Shown here piece after piece: positions 1-12,301 of a stretch of 64,000 nucleotides of DNA. The position numbers were made by a program, and so were the translations under genes. The stretch covers positions 85,932,001-85,996,000 of the forward strand of contig NC_043002.1 in assembly GCF_006345805.1 (NCBI RefSeq), given 5' to 3'. This DNA comes from Octopus sinensis (taxonomy: Eukaryota). The notes beneath the pieces were generated by a model, which saw only the letters and a list, made by a program, of their open reading frames with translations, was not told the origin of the DNA and did not search any database. Positions within the stretch are counted from its first letter, which is position 1; the number at the start of each line of letters is the position of its first letter.

Positions 1-1203
1 ATCATTAAGCTGGTGGGTGGCAAGCTGACAATCATTAGTATGCTGGGCAAAATGCTTAAAACCATTTTGTCTGTCTTTACATTCTGAATTCAAATTGCAC
101 CAAGGTCGACTTTGCATTTCATTCATTCAAAGTTGACAAAATAATAGCCAGTCAAGTATTGGGGTCAATGTAATCAACTTCTCAAACCCCTTGAAATCTC
201 TTGGCCCTTTGCCAAAATTTGAAACCATTATTAAGCTGGTGTGTGATGGAAGATTTAAATTTGTGTCACTTTAAACAAGAAGTGTTTATCATAGGAACCA
301 GGGGCAGTTTCAAGCAGGTTGGTATCAAAATGGTTAAAAAAAAAAATTAACACATCTTCGAATGTGTCTTTCTTAAGAAATGGCACATTTAATTAGCATT
401 AAAGCATGGATAATTAAAAAATAAAATGTATAAATAATATTGTTGTTATATTATCATCATTACTGTAAAACTATAAAAACTTTACAAAAATTACTAATGA
501 TTAACTGAAAAATAATATTTTAAATATTTCATTGGACACATTTTACAAAATTACATTTTTGAGGAAAACAAGAGCCATGTGAATGATAAGCATGTGACTA
601 GTTCAACAAACTCAACCTACTTTAGAGATGATCTCTAAGAAACATAATTATTGAAGGTTACATTCAATTAGAAAATACTTTTAGTTTCAGTAAAAACACC
701 TATCACAATAATTAATTCTAACGTTGGCATGGGGGTCACAAATTTAGTGGAGATGGATTAATCAAATCAATGCCCTGTACTTGACAAGTATTTTTAACCC
801 TAGAAGGATGACAGTCTAAGTTGCTTTCAGCAGGATTTGAACTCAAAATATAAACAGCCATAACTGAATATAGCAAGGTTTTTTGTCCAATGTAATAATG
901 ATTTTGTCACGACACCACTCCAAGGATCATTATGTATGCTACTGTGGAGGCTGGGATGGCTTTGATCAGTTATTTTTGACTAGGTCTATCCTGATCAAAC
1001 CTATGATTAAAGGCATCCCAACCTTTAACACTTTTGTTTTTAATAGTGAGTTAACCCTTTAGCATTTAAACTGGCTACATCCAGCCAAAATATTCCACCT
1101 GTATAAAACTGGATAGATTTGGCTTCTCACACCAACCTTACAATATCATTCTAAAAATGAAGTTATCTCAACAAAATTCCAAAAGCTACAAAATGTTGCA
1201 TGT

Positions 1204-2260
1204 GTGTGTGTCTCTCTCTCTCTTTCCATTACCACTCGCCTCGCCAAGACCACCACCACCCTATATAAACTAGCGCATGCATTCGAACTCCCCTACTCGA
1301 TTTCAATAAATCAGCCGAAAAATAGGAATCTCAGAAGATGCTCAAATAAGAAGTCTTGTCTTTTCAACCTCGTTCATCTACTCTTCTATTTCTAAGCAGA
1401 TCATAAACCCCTTATTAGTTCTTTTCATTATTCTGTCTATTTCAGTACCATGTCATCATGTAAATATAGTTTTAATAGTTTCGCCTTCCTTATTGCCTTA
1501 TGATAACCTTAGTTCAAGCATTTCCTTAACTGCAACATATTCATTCATTCATCTATTAAAGTTTATCACACAGTCACTCTTCCCTAATTTTGTCTTAGAT
1601 TGGCTCTCAGATTCTTCGATTCTATTTTACTATTATCAACATTTGCTGTCTCGTTAAATTAATTATGCCACACAAATCCCAAAAGTATATTTACTCCCTC
1701 GTGTTCAGACCACCAGTACCCCCTCACTCTCTGTCTGTCTCTCTCTCTCTTTCGATTACCACTCGCCTCGCCAAGACTTCCTCCTCCTCCACCTCCCTAT
1801 ATAAACTAGCGCGGAGAGCTGGCAGAAACGTTAGCACGCCGGGCGAAATGCGTAGCCGTATTTTGTCTGCCGTTACGTTCCGAGTTCAAATTCCGCCGAG
1901 GTCGACTTTACCTTTCATCCTTCCGGGGTCGATAAATTAAGTACCAGTTACGCACTGGGGTCGATGTAATCAACATAATCCGTTTGCCTGTCCTTGTTTG
2001 TCTCCTCTGTGTTTAGCCCCTTGTGGGTAGTAAAGAAATATATATAAACTAGCGCACACGCACGGATTCCCCTACTCGATTTTTAATACGTCTGCCAAAA
2101 GGATATGTATCTAAAAGATGCTCTCGTCTAAATTTGCTAGTTCGCGGTACGCCCGCCCTGCATCTGTACCGAAAGTCCCTATCCTTTGTCATCCTTTTGG
2201 TTCTCTCCCATGAACACTTCTAAAGGCTTTACACCATCCCCACCCCTACTTAGGGTTTTA
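1204..2260 (+). repeat. Two diverged tandem copies (~1204 and ~1730) of an unclassified repeat containing a TATATAAA motif; copy 2 is interrupted by a SINE
   Basis: Both copies share the string (CT)n-ttcc/gattaccactcgcctcgccaagac...cctatataaactagcgc...cccctactcgattt...aagatgctc. Confidence 0.6.
1813..2040 (+). mobile_element. tRNA-derived SINE, family A (Deu/Nin-like central domain), with a 15-bp TSD
   Basis: gagctggcagaaacgttagc...cctttcatccttccggggtcgataaattaagtaccag. The TSD tatataaactagcgc is at 1798-1812 and 2041-2055. Other copies lie at ~15-230, 20430-20640, 33017-33132, 36075-36362, 38109-38396 and 43427-43620. Confidence 0.85.
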
Positions 2261-2319
2261 TCTACTATGTAAGGTAATGATCATATAGTGCAAAAATATG
2301 ATAGTGTAGTATATGCAGG

Positions 2320-3180
2320 TTGAACTTAAGGCTACTGTTTATGAATCCTGCCAAATGCGAGCTCTCTTTTCAGGTACATGACGCTGCTGTCCCCCGTCCC
2401 AGGGTCTCAAGGGCCCATACCTCCCACACCCTCAGGGTTGGCACTCTCAACGTCGGCACACTGAAAGGTAGGTCTGGTGAGATTGTTGAGATGCTTGAAC
2501 GGAGATGTGTCGATATGTGCTGCATCCAAGAAGTAAGGTGGAAAGGAGGTTCCACTAGGTTCCTCAGAAGCAAAGAACACAGGTACAAGATTTTCTAGGC
2601 AGGGAACACTGATGGGGTAAGGAGTGTGGGTATACTTCTTGCAGAGAAATGGGTGGATAAGATAATTGAGGTAGTCAGAGTATGCAACAGAATACTTAAG
2701 ATTAGATTAGTGCTTCATCATGGGTTAGCAACTATTATCTCGGCCTATGCCCCTCAGCCAGGGATACCCAATGGATAAAAAGACCGATTCTATGACACCC
2801 TCTTGCAGACTACCTCGTTGACAAATGACAGGGACTTTCTCTTTGTGGCTGGTGACTGCAATGGACATGTTGGACAACATACAGGGGGCTTCCATGACAT
2901 ACATGGAGGCTATGGTTTTGGTTCCCGCAATGAGGAGGGAACCAGGCTGCTGGAGTTCTGCAATGCAAATGATCTTATGGTTTGCAATTCTAACTTCAGA
3001 AAACCTACCAGTCACCTATTCACACTAGCCAAATTGACAACATCCTCACCAGAAAAAGGGAAAGATAGCTGCTTATAAATGCCAAAACCTTCCCAGGCAA
3101 AGAATGTACCCCATACATAGACTGATAGTTAGTGACTTCAGGATCAGGGCTAAGTGGATGCCCAGAAGATGACCAGCATA
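2320..3180 (+). mobile_element. RTE-clade LINE fragment, AP-endonuclease domain, disrupted
   Basis: Motifs LRVGTLNVGTL, CCIQEVRWKG, AYAPQ, VAGDCNGHVG and GFGSRNEEGTRLLEFC, with stops and frameshifts. Confidence 0.88.
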
Positions 3181-3233
3181 TACATACATACATGTCTATA
3201 TACACATACCTGGAAATGGATGCGTGGCATTGA

Positions 3234-3277
<44 letters not shown>

Positions 3278-3300
3278 GTGTGTGTATATATATATATATA

Positions 3301-3424
<124 letters not shown>

Positions 3425-3891
3425 TAACTTTCGTGTGAATTGCACCATTTATATAATTTCCTCTGCGCCACGAAACAGACCACATCGACAACACAGCAAT
3501 AGTGATATATTCGACTGCTATTTCTTGGAAATGTGAGCGGCCATATGGAGGATCCCCTTGTTGCCGTGATCAGCGGAGGAATAATGAACGAAGCTTTTTG
3601 TTTTTTTTTTCTTTATTTGTTTAAATATGTAGACTAACGTAAACACTGAAATGAAAACACTGACGGCACACCATGAACAGACACAAATAGCATATGCCAT
3701 CACGTGATACGTCGTCTGCTATTTCTCTATTACAGTATCCATCTTAATTCTCTTTTTGTCACTTATTATCAGTAAATCTTTCCGCAGCAGTATGTATGTG
3801 TGCGTGTGTTGATGTATGTATGTATGTATTATGTATGTATGTATGTATTATGTATGTGTGTATGTATTATGTATGTATGTTGATGTATGTA

Positions 3892-3922
<31 letters not shown>

Positions 3923-4502
3923 ATTGTGTATGTATGTATGTCATTGTTCAGTTTATTTGTTTGTACGTATGTATGTTACGTAAGAGGCAGCTACGGAGAA
4001 AAAAAGGCTAATTTACAATATATTACAGATAACAAAGTTTACAGTAGAAAATTGCCCCCTAATTTACATAAAGGCTAACGAGGGAACCTTTATTTGAACG
4101 CTCGGTATGCTAGAAATAGCAGACAGACTTCTCTCCAATCACACCATACCTGTTTATTTAAAAACAAATTCACATTGAATACTGTAGTCCTAGACATTAC
4201 TGTTTGAATTTTTTAAATAGACGGCTACATCGCCTTGAACACGTAGGGATGCTTGATCTGCAATAACCCAGAGGTAAAACCCGCAACAAATTCTACGAAG
4301 TATTCCAAAATTTAGAAAAGAAATACTTTATAAATAGGAATACATGTACAGAACATGGGGGAATTAAATAATGAATGTGATGTGAGAGACTAGAGACGAG
4401 AAATGGAGTGAGAGACTAGAGCCGCGGTGTTTGCGTCGGTGGTTTTACAGTCGTAGTAGCGCAGTTGCTTTCACTTTTCGTTCTCTCCCCTTCACAGTGA
4501 AG

Positions 4503-4880
4503 GGCAGTAGTGGCTGTGTGGTAAGTAGGTTCCTTACCAACCACGTCGTTCCGGGTTCAGTCCCACTGTGTGGCACCTTGGGCAAGTGTCTTCTACTATA
4601 GCCCCGGGCCGACCAAAGCCTTGTGAGTGGATTTGGTAGACGGAAACTGAAAGAATCCCGTCGTATATATGTTTGTGTGTCTCTGTTTGTCCCCCCAACA
4701 TCGTTTGACCACCGATGCTGGTGTGTTTACGTCCCCATAACTTAGCGGCTCGGCAATAAAGGCCGATAGAATAAGTACTAGGCTTGCAAAGAATAAGTCC
4801 TGGGGTCGATTTGTTCGGCTAAAGGAGGTGCTCAAGGATGGCCACAGTCAAATGACTGAAACAAGTAAAAAAAAAAAAGA
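4503..4880 (+). mobile_element. tRNA-derived SINE, family B (internal microsatellite, gtaaaagag tail)
   Basis: tggctgtgtggtaag...ggttcagtcccactg...ccttgggcaagtgtcttctactatagcc...gactgaaacaagtaaaa. At least 15 copies are present, e.g. 10983-11826(-), 11912-12280, 15217-15630, 19157-19610, 19729-20070, 30405-30817, 32356-32755(-), 37425-37825, 51765-52500(- x2) and 54205-54560. Confidence 0.85.
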
Positions 4881-7800
4881 GTAACGTTAACGAGCCACTT
4901 ATATAAATCTCCACAGCTGCCCACGCACTTGGCGTAGACAACCTACACACGTGCTTCCATCTTGTGATGATTTGCACCTCTTTTCAAGAAATGGAGTGAC
5001 AGACTAGAGCCGTGGTGTTTGCGTCGGTGGTTTTACAGTAGTAGTCGTAGTAGCACAGTTGCTTTCACTTTTCGTTCTCTCCCCTTCACAGTGAAAAAAA
5101 CTAAGGGTCGTGTGTTGGCAGCGGGGAAGGCAAGATTTTTGGTTATTTATTCAAATCCAATTTTTTTTTTTACTTAAACGTAAAATCTGTAAAAATATAT
5201 AGAGCATTTGATTCGACCTACATACACTTACTGGGCGGAGAACCTACGCGATCTGAAGACATGCTACAATTAGCAGCCGAATCGTTTCAAATTATAAACC
5301 CTTACAGAGTAATGAATATGAAAAATAATTTTAAAAAAAAAGAGAAAAATGAGAGATGTGATGGGCACGTTCAATATAGTCCTAGATGTCACTAAAAACG
5401 GATGACCGTTGCTGGAAGGTCTTTAATCAAAGATCTACATAAACAAGGGTGACTTAGATCTAAACAATAACCAATAATGCTTCCCCAAGGAAGAAAAATA
5501 AAATGCAATGCAAAATCTTCATTTTTAATTCCCCCTAGAACAGTGAATAATATACAAGATGATATCAGTTCTGTTTGAGAAGTAAAAGAGAGGAAAACAA
5601 GTTGTAACATAAGTAGTTCGTTAACTGTGCAAGAAATCTAAACCAGTTGTAATTATTTTCCCATGCAAATATCATATATTTGAATTTTGAAAAAGAATTT
5701 CATCAGTACATATAGCACACACACGCATAACCAGTTCAATCGCGTTTATATGAAGGCTTAGAGAATCATTAGTGCGTCGAACAAAATATTTAAGAGCACT
5801 TCTTTCGATTCTTTACGTCTCGAGTTCAAATCCCGACAAGGTTAATTTTGCCTGTTGTCATTTCGTGATCGGTAAAATAAAGTACCAGTCGAGTTGGTGT
5901 AATCGATTAACTCCGTCCCCCTAAAACTGGTGGGCTTATTACCAAAATTTGAATATATTTGAACTTATGGGTATGTATATACAAAAACGGGTGGAATTTT
6001 GCTTTAAGCACCCCACAACTTTTTTCCTCCAAAAATTCTTGCGAATTTGTGTTGTACACACGGGAATTCATACGACTGTGGAAAAAAAATTTTATGTTTC
6101 AATTTTTTTTTTTTTTCCAGTTTAATACATTGGACAGTCCGAATTTTTTGCTTCATTTTTTGCTTAAGCAGAATTTCGCCCAGCACACGTATACAGAAAA
6201 CACACACACATATGTTTACCAGTTTTGTCAGTGTGGGAAAAATTAAAACCAACATTATGAAATTAAATAAAACCGTGTGAAGGTAACTGAAATCTTTATC
6301 CACCCAGTCTTCTACACACGCAAATTATGCTAAGACTATTAGACAATTCCTATTACCAACAACCGAACGAAGACCTTCACGTGCTCCTTAAATGCTAGTA
6401 ACAGCAGCAAAATATCCCTAAAATTACAGCTTACTGTCCTAAAAAAAGTGGCACTTTGGATACCCCCAAGAAAGGATGAACATGGCTGGAATGTCTTCGA
6501 TCAAAGAACTGAATTGGTGCTAACTTAAAAATTGAGGTACTAGTCTAAATACACCATGGATTGTATACAAACGTAGATTATATAAACCAATGGTCACATA
6601 TATATATATATATATATCAGTCAGTTTATAAACATCATACAGAAGACTTCAAGCGAGACACCGAGTATAAATAAATATAATCCAATCAACGAGAAACATG
6701 CTAGAAATAGCAGCCAAATTTCCATCAAATCATTCTAAGATTAGCTTTCGTTGGATAATCTAATCCTGAGTACTCTGCACATATGTAAAAGACAGCATGG
6801 TCTGCTATTATGGGGAGAATGCATTTGATCAAAGAGAATTTAATTGATCTGGACTGACATGGGGAGAAACAACTAATTTTTATGGGCTCTGCTTGTTAGA
6901 TTGGTAAATGTGTTGTGCTTGTACACAAACACACACACATTAGTCAGAGCCAGTGTTTATGATGATTCAACATGCACGCACTTACTCGTGATGGTGCGTG
7001 TGTATTTATTTATTTATTTACTCAACGAAGTCATCCACAAACACTTTTCACCATCCTCATTATACCTCCACTTTATTATTATTATTATTATTCATAGAAA
7101 AGGTATTTATTTATTATTATTATAATCCTAACTGTAATCTAAGTTTGATCGACGGCTGGGAAATAAACGTAAACAAACGACATCGAGTACAGCATCGAAC
7201 TTCCCATACACTTGCGTGTTAATATTTAGCCCCAGGTCAACTCTAAACGAGATCTCTGATGGAAGACATCCCAGCCGTGATCATCCCGAGTAAAGGATTT
7301 GTTAGGCCATCTCATGCGACTGTATTCTCTCATAATTTAAGACGGTGGTTGCCATTTCCTTTAAATCCAGCGACCATGCACACACACTGTATTGCGGAGA
7401 CTCGATCATGTTCTTGTAAATTGTTTATTCCCAGGTCAGCCCTGAACGAGTAAGGTGCCTCATAAAAGATATTCTATCTGTAGCCATCCTACCTTTTTAT
7501 TTTTCCTTTTGTTTTTATTTCAATCTTGTTTTTTTTTTTATTAGGTCTATGTTATCCAACGTGTCCTGCGTGTAGAGTAGTGACTTATCAAATGGTAATA
7601 GGGGCACCGTCGTTCATTCCTAATTGCTTTATTATTGTTATTGTCGTGGTGGTGTAAAGGACACATTAGGAATAAAATATGCGACTTGAAATTGAATGAC
7701 AAAGTGAAGGTTCAGCTTTCAATAAACAAATAGACAAATTCATGTAGTTTGGTGTATTCATATATACAACAAATAATAGTAGTTTGTGTTGTGATAAAAA

Positions 7801-8390
7801 TTTATAAATGTGGGTGTGTATGGTAATTTGTAATAGATTTCAAAACCACTGAATTTACACTATTTCAGAAGAGTTTATTTTTACTTCCTAAATCGAATGC
7901 AATATTTTTCTTCTCTTTTTCTTTTATTATTTTTTTTTTTTTTCCAATTATAGCTTCTTATAAACCGTGAATTAATGCAAACAATTCGTGAACTACTATT
8001 TCTGGTTATTTGGGAAAGTCACAAATGAAATATTCAGAAGGGAACTGTAAACAAAAACCCCAATCGAAGAAAATTAACAATTAATGCACAATATAATATA
8101 TATACACATATATATATGCATGTATATATTATGCACATATATATATACATAACCGCTTAGGTATCTCGTGTTATGTAGAAATGACTGAAAGAGGAAAAAA
8201 TAAAGTTACATAATGGACTTCAGTCAACTGAAGATAACATATAAGGCAACCAAGCCATGTAAAAACATGCTATGATGTGTTGTGTTATTTGTGTGATAGG
8301 GTTATTATATGTTGAACACGATTTGTGTTCAAACACAGCGCAATGTTTGAGCTGACAGTATAATATATATGAACATTTGAAGTGACTGAC

Positions 8391-8520
8391 CTGCAATAAT
8401 GCCCTTTAAACTTTTCGAAGAATTGTTAGGAGCAGCTGCCATCATATAAGAATGGGGCCTGGAAAAGGGCGAGTAAGATTTGCCAAGTCCAGTGGCGACG
8501 ACACCTCGTCCAGGATCCAT
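8391..8520 (-). CDS. SLC25A1: Mitochondrial tricarboxylate (citrate) carrier, coding exon 1; the remaining exons were not found and probably lie left of the window
   Basis: ATG at 8520 gives MDPGRGVVATGLGKSYSPFSRPHSYMMAAAPNNSSKSLKGIIA-G, followed by a phase-1 donor gcag|GTCAGT. This resembles the recalled N-termini of citrate carriers (Drosophila scheggia ...AAAADSGQVGLKGIIAGG; human ...KAILAGG), and human intron 1 falls at the same codon and phase. Confidence 0.75.
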
Positions 8521-10044
8521 GTTTCTGCTAGTGTGACCCTCCCGCGTTGTAACATAGTAATAGATTGATAGAGGAGCGGTGAGAGGGGGGAGAGCAGAAA
8601 GACATGTTTATCTAAAGGTGGGAGGAGGGAGCTGGAAGTAGAACGACATGTTCATACGAGGAAGGAAGGTGGGAGTAAAAAATACAGTGCTTATAAAGAG
8701 GAGGGAGGAAAGGGGAGCAAACTTGAGTAGGAGGGAGACTTTTGTGTCGCACTCCACAGATTTAGTTGTGATAAGAGGGGTTCTTAGTTTAATGTTACTT
8801 GGCAGAATCATTAGAGCTTCGGGAAAAATTCCAAGTGATTATTTATTCCAGCTCTTCATGTTCTGAGTTCAAATTCCACCACTGTTAACTTTGCCTTTCA
8901 TTCATCCGAAGTCAACTAACATAAAATACCAGTGAAGTATTAGGTCGATGACATTGGATAACCCCCCTCCTCTTAAAATTGCTGGGCTTTATAAATATAA
9001 ATTTGTTACTCTCGCAGTTAACAAATTTACATTTTCATTTGACGGCGAAAACACTTTTTTTTTTTTTTTAACCTTAGAAGGAAATAAATCGCTGTCAGTA
9101 AGCGATGTCAACTACTCGGTTGTTGAATTTTAATAAATAATGAAATACAAATAGCAACCAAATCTCTCACGACTCAACCCTACTGTTTTAAAATATCCTG
9201 GATACCCACAAAACAAAAACGATGGTCACGCCTGGAATACCTCCCATCAGAGGTCACTTCTATTTGGGGTTTAGCTAGACAATAACAACTCACTTAGTGA
9301 ATTATCTACAGACCTCTGATTGGATTGTGAGTCCGCCACCTCTATGTATCACACTGGAATATGAAAGTGCCTCTTCTCTAAGCGGTCGAATGGAATGCTA
9401 GAAATAGCAGCCAAATATCTCTCAAATTACACCCTATTGAATTTAGGAAAGAACAGACACTTAATGTAGATACTCTGAATTATAAAAAAAAAAACGATTT
9501 AAAGATTTTGTTGGGTTGACTTAGAACAAAACAACAATAACTCAGACAATTCTGAAAAGCAAATTTAGTCAAAAAAGTTGGATGATGAAATAGAGAAGTA
9601 AGGTGACATAAAAACGATCGCTTAAGTTGACATGTTAGTTGACAATACTAACAAAAGATTATGCTAATGCCATTGGGCACGCACGAACACACACAACACA
9701 TTCACATAAACACATAGCCGGCAATTCATCGGAGACATTTCGAAGTCACTATCACACATTCCCTAATAAAAATAAATTCAATCCCATCATTCAATACATT
9801 GAATATTTTTTCACTTCATTTTTGCTTTCACGCATGACTGAAATGCATACATAATGCATAGGAACTCGAGTGGGATCTTTTCCATCTCATGCACTCCCTC
9901 GAGGGTAAAACACACGCACAGAGGTGACGGAGGCAGGACAATTAGCATTACAGGTGTGACAGACCACGTCCCCACGCTTTAGCCAATGAAAGTTAGTGTT
10001 AGATAAGCATGTTGGGTATGAGCATAGTAAGTGATTGTTAATGT

Positions 10045-10058
10045 GTCTCTATGGTAAC
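10045..10058 (+). promoter_or_regulatory. RFX X-box of the tektin-1 promoter
   Basis: GTCTCTATGGTAAC is a perfect match to the X-box consensus GTHNYY-AT-RRNAAC and ends 38 bp upstream of the tektin ATG. A CCAAT box lies at 9983-9987. Confidence 0.8.
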
Positions 10059-10095
10059 CGTACTAAAAGTAACATCAAACTTTGCGACGGCAGCA

Positions 10096-10112
10096 ATGGA
10101 TAACGACTTTAG
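10096..10112 (+). CDS. TEKT1: Tektin-1 exon 1 (MDNDFR)
   Basis: gcaATG GAT AAC GAC TTT AG|GTAAAA. Phase 2 matches the exon 2 acceptor, and the exon lies directly downstream of the X-box. Confidence 0.75.
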
Positions 10113-10280
10113 GTAAAATGAATGAGTTTTTCTAAATTTTTACCACTAGAGTTGCAAAAGAACGAAATTTAATATAAATATATATGTATGTATGTATGCA
10201 TGTATGTGTGTTTATATGTATGTATGTGTATTTATTGACTGCTATTTCCAGTAAACATCGGTACCTTGTTGTACCGCTAG

Positions 10281-10326
<46 letters not shown>

Positions 10327-10327
<1 letters not shown>

Positions 10328-10816
10328 GTTTAAATATTTGTTGTGCAAGATTTTTTATGTGAAGTCGTGTGTTGAAACAGATATTGTTATATTTCGGAAT
10401 GGTCATATTGCCAGTTTAGCCAATAAAAACACACGCACTATATATTTGGTGTTATTTTGCTTCAGTGATATTTATTTTTTACATTAATCTTAATCTTATT
10501 TCGGCCAAAGTTCTTTCGTCACACTCCTGTGACCGCATCAGTGGTCCTTTGTTTTCTTCTCACTTACTTGTGTCTCTCCTTACTAACCGTCAGCCATTTT
10601 ATATAAAATGGCTGACGGTTAGTAAGGAGAGACACAAGTAAGTGAGAAGAAAACAAAGGACCACTGATGCGGTCACAGGAGTGTGACGAAAGAACTTTGG
10701 CCGAAATAAGATTAAGATTAATGTAAAAAATAAATATCACTGAAGCAAAATAACACCAAATATATAGTGCGTGTGTTTTTATTGGCTAAACTGGCAATAT
10801 GACCATTCCGAAATAT

Positions 10817-10824
<8 letters not shown>
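10327..10824. mobile_element. Fold-back palindromic element in a (TA)n array; Penelope-like pLTR-derived, copy 1
   Basis: Perfect 222-bp arms at 10381-10824 centred on 10602/10603, plus a one-sided tail at 10327-10380, flanked by (TA)n. The arm is identical to those at 61816-62869. Confidence 0.75.
10658..10702 (+). ncRNA. Hammerhead-ribozyme-like fold with a variant core; mirror copy at 10503-10547(-), further copies at 61938-61982(-) and 62703-62747(+)
   Basis: GG-A-CCA CUGAUGC-G GUCAC aggagu GUGAC GAAA gaac UU UGGCC. Stem I and stem II pair; the core has A9 changed to C. Confidence 0.45.
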
Positions 10825-10854
<30 letters not shown>

Positions 10855-11174
10855 ACATCATCATCATCATTTAGCGTCCGCTTTCCATGCTAGCATGGGT
10901 TGGACGGTTCAACTGGGGTCTGTGAAGCCAGAAGGCTGCATCAGGCCCAGTCTGATCTGGCAGTGTTTCTACTATATATATACTCTTTTACTTGTTTCAG
11001 TCATTTGACTGTGGCCATGCTGGAGCACCGCCTTTAGTCGAGCAAATCGACCCCAGGACTTATTCTTTGTAAGCCTAGTACTTATTCTATCGGTTTCTTT
11101 TGCCGAACCACTATGTTACGGGGACGTAAACACACTAGCATCGGTTGTCAAGCAATGTTGGGGGACAAACACAG

Positions 11175-11231
<57 letters not shown>

Positions 11232-12301
11232 ACAATTTAATAAATAAAACATATGCATACATACATACATAAATGTCCATACCTACATCTATATGTATAT
11301 ATACATGCATATATGAGTACAGGACACCACAAATAAACGTAGAACACAATGAGAAACGCAAACATAAAAACAAAACAAGGAAACGGACTTTTTTTAACAA
11401 CAAAAAAAACAGAGTACAAGCCAAACAACAGAGGGAACATTCCCCTTCTTCAGCTGCCCCTGTTTCGATTCATTGCGTGTTTCAAAGGTAAGGGCAGTAA
11501 CACGACCACACCGAAGCTGTCCTTCCCGCAAAATAAATTAAATAAAATTTTTTTTTGCGGAGGGGTAAAAGAAGGTGACAAGAACAGGATGTAAAAGCAA
11601 TACAAATAAAGATAAAAACAGTAAAAGACAGGACAAGGAAACCAACAATAAGGGCTTTTATATACATGTATACGACGGACTTCTTTCAGTTTCCATCCAC
11701 CAAATTCACTCACCAGGCTTTGGTTGGCCCGAGGCTATAGTAGAAGACACTTGCCCAAGTTGCCATGCAGTGGGACTGAACCCAGAACCATGTGGTTGGT
11801 AAGCGAGCTACTTACCACACAGCCACTCTGCTTTATTAAAAAGTACCAAAAATATAGCAAAAACTGTTACTCGGTGTTTCCCGTTCATCGGACAGTTTTG
11901 TCTAGAACCTAAAGCAGTTTGCTTACCAACCACATGGTTCCAGATTCAGTCCCAATGCATGGCACCTTGGGCAAGTGTCTCCTACTATAGCCTCGGACCG
12001 ACCAAAGCCTTGTGAGTGGATCTGGTTGACGGAAACTGAAAGAAGCCCGTCATATAAATATATGTGTGTGTGTGTCTGTGTCTGTGTTTGTTCCCCAAAC
12101 ATTGCTTGACAACTGATGCTGATGTGTTTACATCTGCGTAACTTAGCAGTTCGGCAAAGTGACTGATAGAATAAGCACTAGGCTTACAAAGAATAAGTTC
12201 TGGGGCTGATTTGTTCGACTAATGGCGGTGCTCCAGCATGGCCGCAGTCAATTAACTGAAACAAATAAAAGAAAGAATGAAACAATACACACACACACAC
12301 A

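Noticed and set aside
8329-8520. P-loop (GLGKS) helicase or Helitron fragment
   Set aside because: Better explained as citrate-carrier exon 1, ending at a GT donor after LKGIIAG.
11430-11490. Hammerhead in the 11231-11660 insert (CUGAAGA plus hairpin on the minus strand); similar CUGAGGA/CUGAAGA at ~63405 and ~26212
   Set aside because: No correctly placed GAAA and UH with pairing stems could be built.
11575-11802. Recurrent peptide [31 protein letters not shown] in many ORFs, suggesting a gene family
   Set aside because: It is the antisense translation of SINE family B.
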